From: Betaproteobacteria bacterium
GTDB lineage: Bacteria; Pseudomonadota; Gammaproteobacteria; Burkholderiales; SG8-39
Assembly: GCA_031394435.1 (NCBI GenBank)
Contig: JANNTQ010000026.1
Coordinates: 1 to 58,973 of the forward strand
Length of the DNA: 58,973 bases
Reading direction: 5' to 3'
Positions 32,601 to 41,951 of this stretch are shown in pieces (positions within the stretch are counted from its first letter, which is position 1; each line of letters starts with the position of its first letter). The notes below the pieces were generated by a model that was given only the letters and a program-made list of their open reading frames with translations, had not been told where the DNA came from and searched no databases. The position numbers and the translations under genes were made by a program.

Positions 32601-33084
32601 GAACGAGGCGCGCACGCAGATGACGCGCCGCGGGCGCATGATGGCAGTGCTGCTGGACGACGGTACGGCGCAGGTGGAGGTCTCGGTGTTCAACGAGCTG
32701 TTCGAGAAGCACCGCGACAAGCTGAAGGAGGATTCGCTGCTGGTCGTGCAGGGCAAGGTGCAGCGCGACGACTTCGCGGGCGGCATGCGAGTCACTGCGG
32801 ACGAGCTCTATGACCTGCCGGGCTTACGCGCGCGCTACGCTGCGCGTCTGCGCCTGGAGATGAACGGCAAGGCCGACGCGCGGCAGCTGATGGACTTGCT
32901 CGCTCCGTATCGCGCCGATGGCGCGTGCCCGGTGTTCGTGCACTACGAGAGCGGCGTCGCCGCTTGCGACGTCGCCTTGGGTGATGCCTGGCGCGTGCGC
33001 CCGGATGCGCAGTTGATCGAGCGGCTGGGCGCCTGGCTCACGCCGGAAAACGTCCAGGTCGTCTACTCGAACGGCGCCGCCTAG
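29644..33084 (+). CDS. dnaE: DNA polymerase III subunit alpha
   Basis: PHP N-terminus (VHLRLHSEYSVTDG). GSGAGSLVAY, PDFDIDF and the OB fold at the C-terminus. About 1146 aa from the ATG at 29644. Confidence 0.95.
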   Translation: MPAPRYVHLRLHSEYSVTDGIVRLDDAVRRAAQDGMPALALTDSANLFGMVKFYRAARAAGVKPVIGADCWVQNEAEADKPSRLLLLCSSRAGYLRLCELLSRAWLKNQHRARAEIARSWLRESGTEGLVALSGAAGGDAGQALAAGNTAAAERAASDWAELFPGRYYLEIQRAGFAHGEALLARTLELAARLGLPVVATHPVQFLARDDFKAHEARVCIAQGYVLGDQRRPRLFTAEQYFKSQEEMARLFADVPQALDNAIEIARRCSLEIELGRSRLPAFPTPPGTTVDQYLRQQAEQGLAARLVRLFSAEAARTAAAPRYRKRLDFEIRTIIQMGFAGYFLIVADFINWARHNGVPVGPGRGSGAGSLVAYSLGITDLDPITYDLLFERFLNPERVSMPDFDIDFCQDGRDKVIDYVRRKYGEECVSQIVTFGTMAARAVVRDCGRVLDLGYNFCDQVAKLIPVQPGRTITLADAREMEPLLAQRERNEDEVKELLALGEKLEGLTRNVGMHAGGVLIAPGRLTDFCPLYAAEGTSNVISQLDKDDVEAVGLVKFDFLGLTTLTILDWAERYVRALGEAEFSLERVPLDDRATYQLLSSGNTTAVFQLESRGMRDLIKRARPDRFEDVIALVALYRPGPMDLIPDFIARKHGSQRVEYLDKRIEPILNPTYGIMVYQEQVMQIGQVIGGLTLGGADLLRRAMGKKNAEEMAQQRDVFVAGAEKNGLTKGKATQLFDLMEKFAGYGFNRSHAAAYALLAYQTAYMKAHHAAAFMAANLSLVMDDTDKVRQFHEDALANGLVVLPPDINASDYRFRPVDAKTVRYGLGAVRGTGESAVGAILQARKAGLFTDLFDLCRRVDKRTVNRRAVEALVRAGAFDALEKNRASLLASVGRALEAAEQAERQAAQVSLFGDAEGACGAAVPLIEARPWELRQQLLEEKAALGFALSGHLFTVYARELAGFSRTPLARLSPSEQRVWLAGVVNEARTQMTRRGRMMAVLLDDGTAQVEVSVFNELFEKHRDKLKEDSLLVVQGKVQRDDFAGGMRVTADELYDLPGLRARYAARLRLEMNGKADARQLMDLLAPYRADGACPVFVHYESGVAACDVALGDAWRVRPDAQLIERLGAWLTPENVQVVYSNGAA

Positions 33085-34001
33085 TCGCGCCGCCAGAGGC
33101 CGCGCGTGCCGAGGTACCAGGCGTTCGTCACGCGGCCGGCGGGATCGAGGCGCCGCTTTTCCGCGAGGAAAGCACCGAGCATCGGGTAGCTGGCCGCGGC
33201 TTGCGCGCGGCTCGCCACCGGCAGGCTGGCAGGCGCGATGACGCCGCCCGCCGCCAGCGCCAGTTCGACCAACCGCGTGCGCAACTGGGTGGCGCCGACG
33301 CAGCCGCCCAGGGTGGAGCGCGCGCGGTATTCGATGCGCAGCGCGGCGTATTCGCGCCGCGCCCAGCGCAAGAAGGTTTCCTCCTCGGGCAGCGTGCGGC
33401 GCACCTCGAGCCGGGCGAGGGCGTAGCGGTGCTGGTCCAGTTCGGCGCGCGCCTGGGCGATGAACGTTTCGCTCGTTTCGGGCGGCACCAGCAGATCGAT
33501 GCCGCTGCTGGTGCCGGCGGCGGGGGCCTTGGGCAACTCCAGGCGCACCGGCGCTGCCCCGACCGCGGCGGCCTGCGCCAGCGACGCCAGGTCGAGCGTC
33601 ACGCTGTAGAACGGCCCGAACACGCCGAATCCGCCAACTGCCAGCCTGAACAGTTCCGGTGCCTGGTGCCGGCTGGCACGCCGCAGCTCGCCGTCCGCAG
33701 TGACCAGGGTCAGTGAGCGCAGGTGCGCCACCATCGGCCGGCCGTCCGGACCGGGCGCGTTGGCCGCGGCGCTTTCCCCTACCGTGCCAGGCCCGAACGC
33801 GCTGCCGCCATGCGCAGCGAGGGCGTGCCACGGAGTGCCCGACTGCACTTCGAGCACCCCGCGTCGCGGGTCGTGGCACAGGACGCGGTCGAGGCCCGAA
33901 TCGTCGAACGGGCCGGCCAGCATTGCCTTGCACAGGTCGCCTGCGGAATACACGCGCAGGCCGACCGGGGCGGGGAGGGGAAGGCTGTGAGTTGCGAGCA
34001 T
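33081..34001 (-). CDS. FAD-binding-oxidase-like protein (PCMH-type C-terminal half; the N-terminal FAD-binding region looks short or atypical)
   Basis: LTLVTADGELRRASRHQAPELFRLAVGGFGVFGPFYSVTLDL resembles the end of an FAD_binding_4 domain. I chose the ATG at 34001, which follows GGAGAA. Confidence 0.5.
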   Translation of the reverse strand: MLATHSLPLPAPVGLRVYSAGDLCKAMLAGPFDDSGLDRVLCHDPRRGVLEVQSGTPWHALAAHGGSAFGPGTVGESAAANAPGPDGRPMVAHLRSLTLVTADGELRRASRHQAPELFRLAVGGFGVFGPFYSVTLDLASLAQAAAVGAAPVRLELPKAPAAGTSSGIDLLVPPETSETFIAQARAELDQHRYALARLEVRRTLPEEETFLRWARREYAALRIEYRARSTLGGCVGATQLRTRLVELALAAGGVIAPASLPVASRAQAAASYPMLGAFLAEKRRLDPAGRVTNAWYLGTRGLWRRD

Positions 34002-34103
34002 GGCGTTCTCCAGGCGGGTGAAGGGCGGGCCATTGTTCGCGCAGCGCTTGGTGCAATGCAATACCTGGGATGCATAGTCTCGCTTTACGATACCTGCAGT
34101 TCC

Positions 34104-34871
34104 ATGCCCCAATCCCACCGCCTGGTCGAAACGCTGAAGAAATGCCTCAGGGCGCGAGGCATCACCTACGCCATGCTGTCGCGCGAGCTGCGCCTGTCCG
34201 AGGCGAGCGTGAAGCGCCTGTTCTCGCAAGGCCGCTTCACCTTGGCGCGCATCGACGAAATCCTGCGGGTGCTGGAGATGGACCTGGTGGAACTCGCGCG
34301 CATGGCGCGCGGCGCCGACAGCGGCCCGGCCGAGCTCAGCGTCGAGCAGGAGGCCCTGCTCGCGCGCGACGAGCGCCTGCTATCCGTGTTCTGGCTGCTG
34401 CTCAACGGCTGGCGCTTCGCCGATATCGTGGAGGAGTTTGCCATTACGCGCACCGAACTGACGCTGGCGCTGGCGAATTTCGAGCGCGCGCGCCTGATCG
34501 AATGGGACGCGGGCGAGCGCGTGCGGCTGCGCGTGGCGAAGGATTTCGTCTGGCGCGCGGGCGGTCCGGTGAAGAAGGCCTACGGCCTGCGCGTCACCGC
34601 GGAATTCCTGCGCTCGCGCTTTTCCGGGCCGCTCGAGTTGCTGCGCTTCGAGGCGCGCGACCTGTCGCCCGAATCGGCCGCCGTGCTCAAGCGCAGGCTG
34701 GAGCGCCTGCTGGCGGAGTTCGGCGAGCTGGCCGAAGTGGACTCGACCCTGTCGCCGCGCCGGCGCGAAGGCGTCGGCCTGCTGGTCGCCTGCAGGCCCT
34801 GGTCGTTCTCGGTGGTCAATGCGCTGAAGAAGCGCGCTCACGCGCTCGGCCAGCGCTCGAACCGCGCATAG
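34104..34871 (+). CDS. XRE-family helix-turn-helix transcriptional regulator with ~190-aa C-terminal domain
   Basis: N-terminal HTH ([35 protein letters not shown]). Divergent from the oxidase-like gene. Confidence 0.7.
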   Translation: MPQSHRLVETLKKCLRARGITYAMLSRELRLSEASVKRLFSQGRFTLARIDEILRVLEMDLVELARMARGADSGPAELSVEQEALLARDERLLSVFWLLLNGWRFADIVEEFAITRTELTLALANFERARLIEWDAGERVRLRVAKDFVWRAGGPVKKAYGLRVTAEFLRSRFSGPLELLRFEARDLSPESAAVLKRRLERLLAEFGELAEVDSTLSPRRREGVGLLVACRPWSFSVVNALKKRAHALGQRSNRA

Positions 34872-35176
34872 GGCCGGTCGTGCTCGACGGCGAGCGGGCA
34901 GCATTCCACCCGCCCCACCCGCGCGGCCGAGGGCCCGCGGCGCGCCCACTCCAGCAGCGCGGCGACGGCGGCGGGATCGCCCTGTGCCAGCGCCTCGACG
35001 CCGCCGTCGGCGAGGTTGCGTACCCAGCCGGTTACGCCCAGCCGCAGCGCCTCGCCGCGCAACGCGTCGCGGAAGCCGACGCCCTGTACGCATCCAATAA
35101 TGCGCAGTCGGATTGTCTGGTGTTGCAAATCTTCTCCTTGGCGCCGGCTTGGCCCGTGAAAGCGCCGGGACTCCAT
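34838..35176 (-). CDS. acyP: Acylphosphatase
   Basis: Signature GxVQGVGFR ([12 protein letters not shown]) and [12 protein letters not shown]. The true start may be the TTG at 35128, which follows AGGAGAAGA and would give about 96 aa. Confidence 0.8.
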   Translation of the reverse strand: MESRRFHGPSRRQGEDLQHQTIRLRIIGCVQGVGFRDALRGEALRLGVTGWVRNLADGGVEALAQGDPAAVAALLEWARRGPSAARVGRVECCPLAVEHDRPYARFERWPSA

Positions 35177-35269
35177 GGTAAGCTGCCGTGAAAATTTATC
35201 GCCCCATCCTGCCGCCGATTGTGCGGATGATCGTGCAAGCGCGGGACGGGTCTGTAAGGGGGAACCGCA

Positions 35270-35665
35270 ATGCGCGCCGCTCTGTTGATCATCGCTGCAC
35301 TGGCTCTGGCCGGTTTTCTTGCAGTAGCAGTGGTACTGCCGCAGATGGCGGGCAGCGAGGCCAAGGACGCCGCCCAGGCGCTGGTCTCGGGGGCGGACGC
35401 TGCGAAGCAGCAGGTGGCCGCGGTGGCGGAGAAGGCCGGCAACCTGTCGGGCTCAGGCGAAGCCGTCAAGATCGCGGCGCGCAGCGACGCCAAGCACGGC
35501 GAGCTGAAGTGGATCGTCGAGACGAACGGTTCGGTCCGCGGCTGGAACGAAAAGAATGCCATCGAGGTATCGATGTCGCCCGCGCTGCAGGGCGGCAAGG
35601 TGAGCTGGAACTGCCGCGGCTATCCGATCACCGCGATGCCCGCGAGCTGCGGCGGCAAGTCCTGA
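35270..35665 (+). CDS. Pilin-fold-like membrane-anchored protein lacking a prepilin (G/FTLIE) leader
   Basis: The hydrophobic N-terminus runs into ...[17 protein letters not shown]..., which resembles the pilin alpha1 helix (..IPQYQ.Y..R....AL). The C-terminal Cys pair [17 protein letters not shown] resembles the type IV pilin D-region. GGGGGA RBS. Confidence 0.5.
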   Translation: MRAALLIIAALALAGFLAVAVVLPQMAGSEAKDAAQALVSGADAAKQQVAAVAEKAGNLSGSGEAVKIAARSDAKHGELKWIVETNGSVRGWNEKNAIEVSMSPALQGGKVSWNCRGYPITAMPASCGGKS

Positions 35666-35772
35666 CCTAGCGCTTCGCTGCCGTCACCGCGGTGACGATG
35701 GCCTGCTCCAGCCGTCGCAGTTGCAGTCGCCTACTGCCACCACCTGCGTCGCGTGCAGCGGGCCAAGCTCCG

Positions 35773-36978
35773 CTATGCCCACACGATGATGGCCGCCACG
35801 ACCAGTCCCGCGATGGCGCCTGCCGCCACGACAGCGGAGTCGCGCCGGTTCCAGCCGCCGCCGGCCATCATCGTCGTCTGCATCGTGAGCGGCATGGTTC
35901 TGGCACTGGGGTCGATGGCCTTGCCCGTGTCGCTGAGCGCCACCAGGCGCTGCGTCGCTTCCAGCGAGTCGAAGGTACGCGACAGTCCCCGCGCTGGCGC
36001 GGTATCCGGTGGCGGCGTTTCCTCCTCTACGCGGCGCGAGCGCTCGACGGTCTGGGCGAGCAGGGCGGCCTTAACTTCCGGTTCCACCACGGCGGGCGTC
36101 GGGCCCGGCGCCAGAGCCGCCAGCGGCAGTGTGATGGTGGCGCTGGGCGCGACGTGCGCCTGGTACTCAATTTCTCGCAAGCCAAGCGCGATCTCGGCGG
36201 CGCTCTGGAAGCGCTCCTCCAGGGCCTTGGCGATCATGCGCCCGACGATCACGTCGAGCGCCGCGGGCGCCGCCGGGTTGATGGCGCTGGGCGCCGGCGG
36301 CGCGAAGTTCACGATCTGGTACATCACCGCGTTAACGCTCTCGCCGGTGAAAGGCGCCGCCCCGGTCAGCATCTCGTAGAGGATCACGCCGAGGGAGAAG
36401 ATGTCGCAACGGTGGTCAGCGCGCTTGCCGATCACCTGTTCAGGCGACATGTACTTCGGCGAGCCCATCATCATGCCGGTCTGCGTCTGCACGTTCGACG
36501 AGCGCATGCGCGCGATGCCGAAGTCGGTGATCTTCACCGGCCCGCTATCGGGCACCATGATGTTCGCCGGCTTGATGTCCCGGTGCACCACGCCGCGTTC
36601 GTGCGCATAGGCCAGGCCTTCCGCCATCTGCGCTGCGATCGACAGCGAGCGCGGCACCGACAGCGGCTTGCCCGGCAGCAGCAGCGTGCGCAGCTCCGGG
36701 CCCTCGATGAACTCCATCGCCATGTAGCAGACACTCTCGGTCTTGCCAATGTCGTAGATGGTGACGATGTTGGGGTGGTTCAGCCCGCCTGCTGCGCGCG
36801 CCTCCTGGTAGAAGCGTTTTTCGTACATCTCGGCGCCGTCCTTGTCCATCCCCATGTTGATGGTCTTGATGGCGACCGTGCGCTCGAGCATCGGGTCCTT
36901 CGCCTTATAGACGATGCCCATCGCCCCGCGACCGATCTCGGCCAGCAGTTCAAAGCGGCCGAGCTTTTGTTCATCCAT
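35773..36978 (-). CDS. Hanks-type Ser/Thr protein kinase, C-terminally tail-anchored
   Basis: GRGAMGIVYKA, AIK, HRDIKPANI, DFGIAR and SPEQ motifs. One hydrophobic helix lies at the extreme C-terminus (AVVAAGAIAGLVVAAIIVWA), with no extracytoplasmic domain after it. Confidence 0.9.
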   Translation of the reverse strand: MDEQKLGRFELLAEIGRGAMGIVYKAKDPMLERTVAIKTINMGMDKDGAEMYEKRFYQEARAAGGLNHPNIVTIYDIGKTESVCYMAMEFIEGPELRTLLLPGKPLSVPRSLSIAAQMAEGLAYAHERGVVHRDIKPANIMVPDSGPVKITDFGIARMRSSNVQTQTGMMMGSPKYMSPEQVIGKRADHRCDIFSLGVILYEMLTGAAPFTGESVNAVMYQIVNFAPPAPSAINPAAPAALDVIVGRMIAKALEERFQSAAEIALGLREIEYQAHVAPSATITLPLAALAPGPTPAVVEPEVKAALLAQTVERSRRVEEETPPPDTAPARGLSRTFDSLEATQRLVALSDTGKAIDPSARTMPLTMQTTMMAGGGWNRRDSAVVAAGAIAGLVVAAIIVWA

Positions 36979-36998
36979 GGAATATGGACCGGCGCCGG

Positions 36999-37397
36999 CT
37001 AGCGGCCGGCCTTGACCGAGCGGAACGCCGGTCCCCAGGTCGGGTGGCCCGCCTCGGCTGGGGAGAGGTCTAGCCCGGGCTCGATCGCCAGCGCCTTGCG
37101 GAATTCCTCTCGGCACGCGGAGGTGCGGCCGGAAACGCAATGAATGAACGCCAGGTGCTTGTGGGCTTTCACGCGGTCGGACCTGCCCAGGCCCTGCTCG
37201 ACCGCCGACTGCAACTTCTTGGACGCCTCGGCGTAATTGCCGTCCTCGTACTGGCGCAGTCCCGCGGCCAGCTCCGGCTCACCTTTTCTGCTGCCGAACA
37301 GGTTCATGAAATCCGTCTGCAGATTGCGCATCGGCTCGGTCTGGCAGCCGACGAGAAGCAGCGCACCGGCCGCTGCGACGATTGCCGCGTACTTCAT
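36999..37397 (-). CDS. TPR-like lipoprotein
   Basis: Lipobox LLLVGC at residues 13-18 from the ATG at 37397 (which follows GGGGAACGAGG). Helical repeat (YEDGNYAEASKKLQSAVE..., AHKHLAFIHC). C-terminal GHPTWGPAF. Confidence 0.75.
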   Translation of the reverse strand: MKYAAIVAAAGALLLVGCQTEPMRNLQTDFMNLFGSRKGEPELAAGLRQYEDGNYAEASKKLQSAVEQGLGRSDRVKAHKHLAFIHCVSGRTSACREEFRKALAIEPGLDLSPAEAGHPTWGPAFRSVKAGR

Positions 37398-37463
37398 GCC
37401 TCGTTCCCCTTGGAACTGCGTTGTCCAGTTCTGTGCGGTGGAAGATACCACCGCGAGGGCAAG

Positions 37464-38687
37464 TCAGCGAAACCGGTGCCGGAAACGCACCTGCTCGCCG
37501 GAGCGCACTTCGAGGCGCTGGGTATAGCTAGGGAAGGACGTGTTGCGCACTTCGACGACGTGCGGGCCGGGCGGCAACTCGATCGAGCGCAGCGGCGGGC
37601 TGACGCCGCGGCTTTTTCCGTCCACGAACACTTCGCCCCAAGGCAGGATGGCGAGCTGAACAACTCCCGCAGCGACCACCGGGACCGGGCTTGCCGCCGG
37701 CGCCGGCGCTGGCGCGGTTTCGGGTTTGGCCGCCGCGACTTGAACGCGCGGCGCCTTGGCGACGGGCTTTTTCTGCGGGGCTGGCGGGAAGTCGACTTTC
37801 CGTGGTTCGGCCAGATGCTCGGTCTTGGGCGCCGGCACCGGCTCGGGTTTGGCCGCGCCGACCAGTGCGGCCTTCGCCGCGGTCGCGGGCTCAATCTTGG
37901 CCACTGTCGCAGGCTTCACGATGGGTTTGGCCGCCGCGCCGGGACCGGGCAATGCCTCGGGCGGCGGCCTCATCTGCGCGCGGACGGCGACCCCGCCGCC
38001 CACCAGCAGCGCAAACGCCAGTGGCGCGCCGAGCAGCGCCATGCGGTGCATGCCGAACGGGCGCGCGTCGGTGAGCTCGCCGATGAAGCGCGGCGCCGCG
38101 CGGCGCGGCGCCACGCGCTGCGAGCCGGTCTCAAGCACGCGGCGGGCAGCGTCGGTACCGATGCCAACCGAGTACACCTCGTGCTCGCGCACGTGCTTGT
38201 CGGTACGCGCCCCGACATAGCTGAACAGGCTGGCGTAGTCCAGCGACAGGCAGGACACGACCTCGTAAAAAGAGCGCGACACCAGCAGCTGGCCCGACTG
38301 CGCGAAGCTCATCACGCGCTGAGCGACGTTGATGCCGTCGCCAATGATGTTCATCTGGCCGTTGATGTCCTTGACCACGCGCACCGGTCCCAGGTTGATG
38401 CCGAAGCGAATGGCGATTGCGCCAGTGGCTTCGGCGCGCGCCGCGGCGCGCAGCGACATGGCGACGAACAGCGCGTCTTCCGGGTCGCCGAGGAAGGTGA
38501 TCGCCGCGCCATCGCCGGTGTCGAGCACCACGCGGTCGCGCGCGTGCACGTTTTCCAGGGCGGCGCTGAGCAGTTTATTGAACGCCTGCTTGAACAGCAT
38601 CTGCTCCGCCACGGGCCTCGCCGAGTAATCGACGATGTCCAGGAACACGATGCTGCAAACCAGCGTGCGACTTGGCTGTTCGATCAT
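37464..38687 (-). CDS. Class III adenylate/guanylate cyclase domain - TM - Pro/Ala/Lys-rich linker - PEGA domain
   Basis: Cyclase homology domain (VFLDIVDYS, DTGDGAAITF, GDGINVAQRV). TM helix (MALLGAPLAFALLVGGGVAV). About 110 aa of low-complexity linker. PEGA-type end (LPWGEVFVDGKSRGVSP...VEVRN). Confidence 0.85.
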   Translation of the reverse strand: MIEQPSRTLVCSIVFLDIVDYSARPVAEQMLFKQAFNKLLSAALENVHARDRVVLDTGDGAAITFLGDPEDALFVAMSLRAAARAEATGAIAIRFGINLGPVRVVKDINGQMNIIGDGINVAQRVMSFAQSGQLLVSRSFYEVVSCLSLDYASLFSYVGARTDKHVREHEVYSVGIGTDAARRVLETGSQRVAPRRAAPRFIGELTDARPFGMHRMALLGAPLAFALLVGGGVAVRAQMRPPPEALPGPGAAAKPIVKPATVAKIEPATAAKAALVGAAKPEPVPAPKTEHLAEPRKVDFPPAPQKKPVAKAPRVQVAAAKPETAPAPAPAASPVPVVAAGVVQLAILPWGEVFVDGKSRGVSPPLRSIELPPGPHVVEVRNTSFPSYTQRLEVRSGEQVRFRHRFR

Positions 38688-38725
38688 GCGTCGCGCAGGG
38701 GGCGGCGCGGCGGCCGCAGGGAGAG

Positions 38726-40822
38726 CTATTTTACGCGCATGCCCGGTTTCGCCCCGGCATCGGGCGAAATGAGGAATATTCCCGCTTCCTCCCCAGAGGC
38801 GGCCAGCACCATGCCTTCGGAAACCCCGAATTTCATCGTGCGCGGAGCCAGATTGGCGACCAACACTGCGAGCTTGCCCTCGAGTGCGGCCGGGTCGTAG
38901 GCGGCTTTGATGCCGGCGAACGCCGTGCGCGTGGCGCCGCCGAGGTCGAGGGTGAGTTTGAGCAGCTTGTCGGCGCCTTCGACCTGCTCCGCCTTGGCAA
39001 TTCTCGCCACGCGCAGGTCGAGCTTGTTGAAGTCGTCGATGGTAATGGTGTCGGGCACGGACATCTCCTTGGCGGCGTGCTGCTGGTGTTCGGCGTGCTG
39101 CTGCGGGGCGGTGGCCTGCGGCACGGACTGTATGTCGAACAGTTGGTCAAGATGCCTGGTCTGTACGCGCTCAATTAGATGCCTGTATTGGTTAATCTGA
39201 TGTCCCGGTGGAAGCAACGCCGAAGACACCGGTCTAGCGCCGAGATCTGGCCAATTAAGTGGGTGGTTTAGCAATTTCTCTGCAAATTCAGCAGTCTGGG
39301 GAAGTATGGGCTTTAAGTAGACAGCGAGCAGATAGAACAGATTGATCCCAAGTGAGCAGGTGCGTTGGAGTTCAGCAGTTCGATCTGGGAACTTCGCGGC
39401 ATCCCAAGGCTTAAGTTCGTCCAACATCTTGTTGGCTTCGTCTGCAAGCTCCATGACGTAACGCACAACCTTTCCAAATTCGCGGTCCTCGTAGTGTTTC
39501 TGGATGGATCCTGGTCTATAGCTGGTTAGCCGGTTGTCGACGAGTTCGGCGAGTGCTTTGTAGTCATCACCGTCAACTAGTCGTCCGTCGAATCGCCTCC
39601 ACAGAAAGCCAGCGCAGCGACTCGCGATATTTATGAATTTCCCTACGAGGTCGCTATTGACCCGAGCCATGAAATCGTCAGGATTGAAATCGATGTCCTC
39701 GACGTTTGCGTTCAGTTTTGCCGCGATGTAATAGCGCAGCCACTCCGGGTTCATGCCCAGTTCAAGGTAGCGCAGCGGGCTGATGCCGGTGCCGCGCGAT
39801 TTGGACATCTTGTCGCCGGACACGGTGATGAAGCCGTGCACGAAGACGTGGTCGGGCACCCTGTAGGGTTTGCCCGCGTACTCCAGCATTGCCGGCCAGA
39901 ACAGGGTGTGGAAATAGATGATGTCCTTGCCGATGAAATGGATCTGCTCGGTGCCCGGGTCCTGCAGGAATTTCTCGAAGTCGATGCCCGCTTTGGCGCA
40001 ATAATTCTTGAAGCTGGCGAGGTAGCCGATCGGCGCGTCGAGCCAGACATACAGGTACTTCTCTTCCTCGATGTCGGGCACGCGGATGCCGAAGTAGGGC
40101 GGGTCGCGCGAAATGTCCCAGTCGCCCAGCGCCCTGTCGCCTTCCCCGTCCAGCCATTCCTTGGCCTTGTTCACCACCTGCGGCTGCAGGCGCCCCGGTT
40201 TCTCCAGCCAGCCTTTCAGGAAGGTTCTGCACTTCGGGTCGGCCAGGCGGAAGAAATGGTGCTCGGAGGTCTTCAGCACCGGCTTGGCGCCCGACAGCGC
40301 AGAGTAGGGATTCCTCAGGTCGGTGGCCGAGTACGCGGCGCTGCAGTTCTCGCAGGCGTCGCCGTACTGGTCCCTGGCGCCGCAGTTCGGGCACTCGCCC
40401 TTGATGTAGCGGTCCGCGAGGAACATGCTTTTCACCGGATCGAAGAACTGCTCGACCGGCTTGGTGTAGACCAGCCCCGCTTTCTTCAGCCGGCGGTATA
40501 TGTCCTGCGACAGCTCGGTGTTCTCCGGCGAATGGGTCGAGTGCCAGTTGTCGAAGGCGATGTGGAAGCCATCGAGGTACTGCTTGCGGCTCTTGGCAAT
40601 CTCGGCGACGAACGCCGCGGGCGCCTTGCCAGCCTTTTCCGCGGCGAGCATGATCGGTGCGCCATGCGCGTCGTCGGCGCCGACGAAATGCACCACGTGG
40701 CCTTGCATGCGCTGGAAGCGCACCCAGATGTCGGCCTGGATGTACTCCATGATGTGGCCGATGTGGAACGGCCCGTTGGCGTAGGGCAGCGCGGTGGTGA
40801 CGAACAGCCTGCGGTGCGGCAT
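38726..40822 (-). CDS. metG: Methionine--tRNA ligase (with C-terminal Trbp111/EMAP-like tRNA-binding domain)
   Basis: HIGH (PFHIGH), Zn knuckle CPNCG...CENC, KMSKS, an anticodon-binding helical domain, and a C-terminal OB domain (DLRVARI...). Confidence 0.95.
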   Translation of the reverse strand: MPHRRLFVTTALPYANGPFHIGHIMEYIQADIWVRFQRMQGHVVHFVGADDAHGAPIMLAAEKAGKAPAAFVAEIAKSRKQYLDGFHIAFDNWHSTHSPENTELSQDIYRRLKKAGLVYTKPVEQFFDPVKSMFLADRYIKGECPNCGARDQYGDACENCSAAYSATDLRNPYSALSGAKPVLKTSEHHFFRLADPKCRTFLKGWLEKPGRLQPQVVNKAKEWLDGEGDRALGDWDISRDPPYFGIRVPDIEEEKYLYVWLDAPIGYLASFKNYCAKAGIDFEKFLQDPGTEQIHFIGKDIIYFHTLFWPAMLEYAGKPYRVPDHVFVHGFITVSGDKMSKSRGTGISPLRYLELGMNPEWLRYYIAAKLNANVEDIDFNPDDFMARVNSDLVGKFINIASRCAGFLWRRFDGRLVDGDDYKALAELVDNRLTSYRPGSIQKHYEDREFGKVVRYVMELADEANKMLDELKPWDAAKFPDRTAELQRTCSLGINLFYLLAVYLKPILPQTAEFAEKLLNHPLNWPDLGARPVSSALLPPGHQINQYRHLIERVQTRHLDQLFDIQSVPQATAPQQHAEHQQHAAKEMSVPDTITIDDFNKLDLRVARIAKAEQVEGADKLLKLTLDLGGATRTAFAGIKAAYDPAALEGKLAVLVANLAPRTMKFGVSEGMVLAASGEEAGIFLISPDAGAKPGMRVK

Positions 40823-40865
40823 TGCTGGCCCGAGGAAAACGCGGATTTTAGCTTACACTTGCATC

Positions 40866-41951
40866 ATGCCCGTGAGTGAATCTGATGTGCGCTCCCTCCT
40901 CTCCAATCTGGTCGATCCGAACACCGGCAAGGACTACGTCAGCACCCGCTCGGTGAAGAGCCTCACGGTGGCCGGGACCGAGGTGCAGCTGGAGATCGAG
41001 TTGGGCTATCCGGGCAAGAGCCAGTTCGAGCCGATCAAGCGCGCAGTCATCGCGGCGCTGAAGCAGGCCGGCGCCGGCAACGTCGCGCTGAGCGTCGTTT
41101 CCAAGGTGGTGTCGCACTCGGTGCAGCGCGGCGTAAAGCTGGTGCCGGGCATCAAGAACATCATCGCGGTGGCCTCCGGCAAGGGCGGCGTGGGCAAGAG
41201 CACCACCGCGGTCAACCTGGCGCTGGCGCTGTCCGCCGAAGGCGCGTCGGTTGGCATCCTCGACGCCGACATCTATGGCCCGTCGCAGCCGATGATGCTC
41301 GGCATCGCGGGCCGGCCCGAATCGAAAGACGGCAAGGGCCTCGAACCGATGATGGGGCACGGTTTGCAGGCGATCTCGATCGGTTTCCTCATCGACGTGG
41401 ATACGCCGATGGTCTGGCGCGGCCCGATGGTGACGCAGGCGCTCGAGCAGCTGCTGAAGGACACGCGCTGGCGCGAACTCGACTACCTGGTGGTGGATCT
41501 CCCGCCCGGCACCGGCGACATCCAGCTGACGCTCGCGCAGAAGGTGCCGGTGACCGGTGCGGTAATCGTGACCACACCGCAGGATATCGCGCTGATCGAC
41601 GCGCGCAAGGGCCTCAAGATGTTTGAAAAGGTCGGCATCCCGATCCTCGGCGTGGTGGAGAACATGTCGATCCACGTCTGCCCGCAGTGCGGCCACCAGA
41701 GCCACATCTTCGGCAGCGGCGGCGCCGAGCGCATGTGCAAGGACTACGGCACCGAGCTCCTCGGCCAGTTGCCGCTCGACGAATCGATCCGCCAGCAGGC
41801 CGATTCGGGCAAGCCGACGGTGGTCGCCGATCCCGACGGCGAGGCGGCGCAGATCTACCGGCGCATCGCGCGCCGCTGTGCGGTCAAGATCGCCGAGTCG
41901 CAGAAGGACATGACCGGCAAATTCCCCAATATCGTCGTGCAGAACACATGA
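40866..41951 (+). CDS. apbC: Iron-sulfur cluster carrier ATPase ApbC/Mrp
   Basis: N-terminal DUF59-like domain. Deviant Walker [13 protein letters not shown]. CxxC (CPQCGH). Confidence 0.92.
   Translation: MPVSESDVRSLLSNLVDPNTGKDYVSTRSVKSLTVAGTEVQLEIELGYPGKSQFEPIKRAVIAALKQAGAGNVALSVVSKVVSHSVQRGVKLVPGIKNIIAVASGKGGVGKSTTAVNLALALSAEGASVGILDADIYGPSQPMMLGIAGRPESKDGKGLEPMMGHGLQAISIGFLIDVDTPMVWRGPMVTQALEQLLKDTRWRELDYLVVDLPPGTGDIQLTLAQKVPVTGAVIVTTPQDIALIDARKGLKMFEKVGIPILGVVENMSIHVCPQCGHQSHIFGSGGAERMCKDYGTELLGQLPLDESIRQQADSGKPTVVADPDGEAAQIYRRIARRCAVKIAESQKDMTGKFPNIVVQNT

Noticed and set aside
35683-35696. Perfect 14-bp palindrome GTCACCGCGGTGAC between the pilin-like gene and the convergent kinase gene
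   Set aside because: As RNA it would form only a 5-bp stem with a 4-nt loop and no T-run, so it is not a convincing terminator. It is a single occurrence with no partner site, so I cannot support a regulatory call.
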